Shown here one piece after another: positions 59,400 to 64,000 of a stretch of DNA of 64,000 bases (within the stretch, counting starts at the first letter, position 1; every line of letters begins with the position of its first letter). The DNA lies in NCBI RefSeq assembly GCF_002113885.1, contig NW_018408761.1, positions 997,580 to 1,061,579 on the forward strand. Reading direction: 5' to 3'. The DNA is from Mizuhopecten yessoensis. Lineage: Eukaryota. The notes below the pieces were generated by a model. That model saw only the letters and a list, made by a program, of their open reading frames with translations, ran no database searches and was not told the DNA's origin. A program made the position numbers and the translations under genes.

Positions 59400-60130
59400 A
59401 AATCGAGAGTCTCCCTCTAAAATAAGGAGAGTTGACAAGTATGCTTGTGGGGGCAGAGAGATGGGGCCTGATACAGGAAATAGAAGTTCAATTTTCAGAG
59501 GACTTCTCCTTCAGTATTAGTGAAGGGAATCAATTTTAAGTAATAAGTAATAAAGGATCCCTTGACCAAGGAGACTAGGGCTGCTTTCGTTAATCGCGAT
59601 TCGAAATGTTGAACAGGTTTGGACCATTGTTGTTCCTTTATGAAATAAGTCAGACCTAGTAATCTGATGCTGTTTTCAGGCGAGCTTTGACTATGCCTTG
59701 CAAGGCCTGCATTTATATTTGCAGGTCAGCCAGTATTTATACCTGAAAATGTCACATTTAAAAACAGACAAACCGATTGTTCCGCATAAACAAACAGGCC
59801 CTTATGTTTATTAAGGGAAGACTCTTGCTCCCTATGGGGACAGAGGGGTGGGTCCAGATACAGATAATAGGGGTTAAATCTTTAAAATACTAAGCCTCCA
59901 GTAGGAGGGAAACAGTTTTAATCCAATTTGCTTGAAATGATCTCTTGACCATGGAACTTAATACTATTGTAAAAGAAGGGTGTGGACCCCTTGGAGCAGA
60001 GAGGAGGGGCATACAATAGGGAAATATGGGGAATTCTTTTAAAATGTTATTTAAACAAATTGTTTGCCTGCCTTAACTTTTTTGGAACAATGGTGTGGGG
60101 CTCAATAGTGTAAACTAAGGTCAATTTGAA
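59400..60130 (+). repeat. Degenerate type-C monomers plus a copy of a ~200-bp dispersed repeat H (59580-59810; a second copy at 23380-23580).
   Basis: Shared strings: ttcatgaaataag.tcagacctagtaatct.atgctg and ttgttcc.cataaacaaacaggccc. Confidence 0.4.
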
Positions 60131-60475
60131 CAATAAATACATAACAATGTTATATAAATACACAAAAGCATTCTGAGAATATAGAATAATCAGCTTTAAA
60201 TTGAAGTATGCTATTACAGTTCAGATAATCTTTGAATTACTGTATATTGTTCAATGCAGTTTAACTTAAGCCATTTTGCCCTCGGTAATGACAGCAAATT
60301 TATCATGACAGCAACTATTGATACACGCTATACTATACATAGCCATTGCATGAGAGGGCAAAAATAACACTTGGTGAAAAATTTTACAAGTAAATGGCGA
60401 CAGTTTCCCAGCTGTAAACAGTATGGTTTTACAGTATGAAATGTAGTCACTTGTAAAAATAAATCTGTGTTGTAG

Positions 60476-60843
60476 GAAGCCATGCTGCATCCTTAGGAGA
60501 AAACATGGTAGCAACATATCTTGTGGTCCTCAAGATAATACAGATCATTTACCAGCAGATGAACAGAAAACCACTGAAATTGGACCTGGCCGGATTTGCG
60601 TCTTTGGACTTGATGAACTGGACATTGAATTGTAACAATACCCTGTCCATCAAGTTAGATACTACGCGGTCAACAGGATGCTCAGCGGTGTTGTATCTCC
60701 ACAATGAAATATCAGGTGTTCACAAATGGTTGACCGAGAAGCGTGGTGAACATGAACGACTCTGTAGGCAGTTAGAACTAGGACATTCCTTACAAACTTT
60801 CACTTGGAACCTTTTCTGTGCTCTCAACGAAAAGCCAGTCTGA
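60476..60843 (+). CDS. PARP4: PARP4 terminal exon (GSHAASLGENMVATYLVVLKIIQ...KWLTEKRGEHERLCRQLELGHS...NEKPV*), stop at 60841-60843.
   Basis: Aligns to the human C-terminus ATMLVLQFIRT...EWVRRTEGQYPSICPRLELGND. The phase-1 junction with the previous exon is consistent. Confidence 0.8.
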
Positions 60844-62229
60844 TTGTTAAATTTTCATTTATATCCTTGAAAAGGAAGAAAGACATGCATATACATTTGA
60901 ACAAAACCTATGCAACTGAAATGGAAATCCTCGTGAAGTTTCAGATAATTCTGTTATTTAAAGTATGATGTTATAATGTTGGTTTGAGATCACAGAATGG
61001 TACTGTTGAGAGATTGTTCCTTTTTTTAATTGCAGTGATTGTGATAATGTAGTTTACAGTACAACATATCCTACATATAATCAGAGAGACCTCTCATTCG
61101 CATTGTTTGCATTAGAGCATGTTGTATGTATACATATAAACAACATGACAATCTTGTTTTTGTATAGTGATTACCGGTATCCCATATACATTTAAGTATA
61201 AATGTTTTATTATTTCCTTCTTGAATGTTCAGCTTATTTCAATTTACGTGATGTATTGTTTAACCATGCTAAAGATAGAAGCTGTATTTATATTGAAATG
61301 AACAGAGAAGATGAACTTAAGTTCCTGATGAATGAGCAAGGCCTGCAGCTTTAAGTAGCTTAGTGTATATATAGCATGATGCGTAGACCCAGGTTGCTAA
61401 GTATTTAAGTGTATATATATATTTGACTTAATACAATATCGTGGATATTATCTGATATATTAATTAATTTTAAGCATGTACATTTTAATATAACATCATC
61501 TTTTAGAATGTATTATCATAGGCCTATATAATATCTGATATATTTTAAGTGTGTACATTTCGTCATTTTTTTAGAGTGTCTCATAGGCCAACTATGGCCG
61601 GATGTTAATACATCATGATATATAATTAGAAATGAAGATATTTTAATTTTCCATTTTAAAATGTCATTGTTTTAGTATGTATTAACATGTGACATTATGA
61701 TAAAATAAATTGTTTTGTATTGTACTGGTCTGCAGATCATACATAGCAGTATACATTGAAGATTTAAAGATGAAATGGTATATTTTTTGGGAATTGTCAT
61801 GTCTGTATGAAGTGCAATAGGGTTTATATATGGCATCTATTTAGAATTTCAATACACTTACATGTAGTATAAGTATATAGTAGAGTATATTAGAATAAGT
61901 TTTGAATATGTCTGCAAGTCACTGCTTACCATTCTATTTAGTGTGTATGTACCGAGTAGTACCATTACATAACTACAAGCCTATTGTCTGTGATAAGATA
62001 CCATCAGGAGTCGCCCTCATCACAGTATACAGGGAACTTTTGGTACGTCACTAGTGAAGTCTATATTCGCCCATCAAAAATGTTACCCTTCACATGTTAT
62101 AATTATATATAATCAACTCACCGTTACCTCACCGTTGTCGACGCCATACCATTGATCTACGACTATACTATTGACACATCTACTGGTGTAACTGGTACAC
62201 ACTCCCGGTCTGTACCTCCCGCTCTGTAG

Positions 62230-62600
62230 CATGCGGGGCTAAAGTTGCCTGGGTGTTCCTTTCATGCACGGTTCAGTCTTGACTACCGTTCAATAAAGGC
62301 AGTGTTTACAATTTCAGGTGTTAGATTGTTCCAGAGTTCTTTAGTCACACGGTGTGAAAAAGCGTTTCCTCTTAGTTTTGTTCCAAAACGTTTTTTGTTG
62401 TGTCCTCTAGTGTTGTGCATGTTCTGTCCAGTCGCGAATATTGTGAATTTATCTACATTGGCCTCCACCAGACCGTTTATTTTATGGTGTGAATTAATAT
62501 TTGCTGTCAGGATAAATTTGCAGTCATTATGGACAGCTAAAAAGGCTAAAGTTAAACTGCTCCGAACATTTCCCGATATACAGTGTAACTGCTTAGGGAA
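62230..62600 (-). mobile_element. 5'-truncated CR1/L2-like non-LTR retrotransposon ORF2 C-terminal fragment.
   Basis: Minus-strand ORF ...FGTKLRGNAFSHRVTKELWNNLTPEIVNTAFIER matches the FS.RV...WN.LP..VV signature of the CR1 clade. Confidence 0.45.
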
Positions 62601-62705
62601 TGAGAGTTGGAGGTACGTGTTGTAAATAGTTTATATCTTCGGGGGCAAAGACTTAGGAAAAGGATTGTTAAATATAGCAGAACTGGACTGGGTCGATCTC
62701 GGCGA

Positions 62706-62800
62706 CCAGGTAGCTCAGTTGGTATAGCGTCCGTCAAGAGTTCGGAGGTACTAGGGTTCGAACCCCAGTCTGGCCGTTGCATTTCAGACTTTCTACTGTT
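62706..62800 (+). mobile_element. tRNA-derived SINE head (GGCGACCAGGTAGCTCAGTTGGTATAGCG...GGGTTCGAACCCCAGTCTGGCCG), not a functional tRNA.
   Basis: The D-arm and T-arm are tRNA-like, but the acceptor and anticodon stems do not pair canonically. A homologous copy lies at 35925. Confidence 0.5.
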
Positions 62801-63519
62801 ACACAGATATGATATACATTATGTTTCAGTTGTGTATCTTGTTATTATTATTATATAACATAATTGTGTGGAACCCAAACTACTTCAAACGAAATTATTC
62901 TAAGGTGCTTCATATTCAAGAAATGATGTACAGCATTCCACACAGAAGAGTGTGGGAACATCCTTACTGAAGCCCATCATACAACTTGATTCTCATTAGT
63001 GCCTTTGTGAGGGTGTGCGAGTGTGTATTAAAGGATGTATAGGTGTTCTGCTTGTTTTGCGTCAGTATTTTTAACAGCTCATTTATCATGCTTTAACAGT
63101 GGACTACTGCAGCATGGAAACCATAAAACTAACATACTACAGGTTTTATATTGTGTTACGGTTACAGAATTTGATGTGCAGTATTATTTTATACTAGTTG
63201 AAGGTTCAAAATATTAAGCACCATACTACAGTTTTGTAAAAACTTTTTTTCTGAGAATTATTCATCCAAAATAATATTCATGAAGGTTCAGATTCAAGAA
63301 GGAGCAAAAAGTTATATATGTTTAAATATTTTCTTAAAGGGGCATCACGGTGAAGTAACTTTATTTTTTGTCTTTTTTTCAAATACTACATAAACATATC
63401 AAGTGAGACTTCTTATGGAAAAAAACGATCGGATTTGGCTGAAATAGATTCATAAAAATGATTAAATCTAAGAAAATCATCGGTATTTCTACCTGTCTGA
63501 CCAACGTTTTGTTCAGGGA

Positions 63520-63545
63520 TTTCCCTCTACTGGCGCATGCGCATA
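63520..63545. promoter_or_regulatory. NRF1-type palindromic motif GCGCATGCGCA in a locally GC-richer patch. It may be a promoter element for a gene beyond the window end.
   Basis: ctggcgcatgcgcatagc at 63527-63544. There is no supporting coding evidence within the window. Confidence 0.2.
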
Positions 63546-64000
63546 GCACACCATTTCTTTGTAAACAAAATGACTGGCCGTGTGAAGTAAGCGAAAGAAA
63601 AGTGTTGTACCGTGTCAGCTACGAAACGAAAAGTTGCCAAATGGTCAAAAGATAGCGCAAGGAGTACGTTACGGTATCATTTTTGCAGGTGGGCAGTATT
63701 CAAAGGAGAAAATAACTGCCGTAGCAGTTAGTACGGTGCATGTATTCTTCCGGATAGCCGGTTAAGCTGAAATGGAATCGACAGAAATGCTAGCGCTGTT
63801 TATGTTATGAATAAATATCTAAAACTATTAAGCTCGCTAGTATCTTTGTCTGAGTTTGAACACAGATGAACTTAGTTTAATATGTTAATGGGCATGTATT
63901 GGAGAGAGTTTACTTTGTGTTTCTATAATTATACAGTGGTTTATGCGAAAGGAAGGGATAAGTGACTGGTTAGTTTGATTTTTCCATGAGGCCCTCCAAG

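Noticed and set aside
62706-62782. A possible functional tRNA gene
   Set aside because: The acceptor and anticodon stems do not pair canonically and a homologous copy occurs at 35925. I called it a tRNA-derived SINE head instead.

Overview
This window is eukaryotic (invertebrate-type) genomic DNA, AT-rich and dense in repeats, with short GT-AG exons in long introns. The repeat content, satellite-carrying non-autonomous elements with terminal inverted repeats and subterminal hairpins, resembles the pearl/Helentron-HINE elements described in bivalve molluscs. That is my inference for the organism; I cannot confirm it. Three main things are present.

1. An intronless minus-strand gene at 1227-2519 encodes a 431-aa coiled-coil protein with an N-terminal (SD)n tract.

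2. A plus-strand ortholog of PARP4 (vault PARP) spans at least 4780-60843. It lies head-to-head with the first gene, 2.3 kb away. I mapped about 30 conserved exons by peptide similarity to human PARP4 as I remember it. They cover the BRCT domain, the PARP regulatory/catalytic region (H-Y-E intact), VIT, vWA, and the C-terminal 'WxLTPEL' region. The stop is at 60843.

3. Inside the PARP4 locus sit two unusual coding units.
 - Exons at 42000-46700 end in a ubiquitin-like domain with an intact RLRGG motif, a 19-aa tail and a stop. This is either an alternative UBL-terminated PARP4 isoform or a separate nested UBL precursor gene.
 - A 3.1-kb single ORF at 51233-54337 is built from in-frame DNA minisatellites. 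It carries an exact 17-aa copy of histone H3 residues 15-31, about ten RNA polymerase II CTD-like heptads, nucleoporin-like GFSFG repeats, about twenty GGYGG repeats, an RS-dipeptide domain and a K/E tail. It probably corresponds to the large low-complexity exon of PARP4.

PARP4 introns carry many satellite-bearing HINE/pearl-like elements. Three tandem composite copies of about 1.8 kb bracket the UBL exon. One intron holds a ~20-copy satellite derived from the 3' end of an exon plus its splice donor. There is also a large foldback element, paired-hairpin MITEs in the bidirectional promoter region, tRNA-derived SINE heads and a CR1-like LINE fragment. A probable antisense nested gene or pseudogene for a 4-TM protein lies in the 7-kb PARP4 intron. 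No prokaryotic features (CRISPR, operons) are present.
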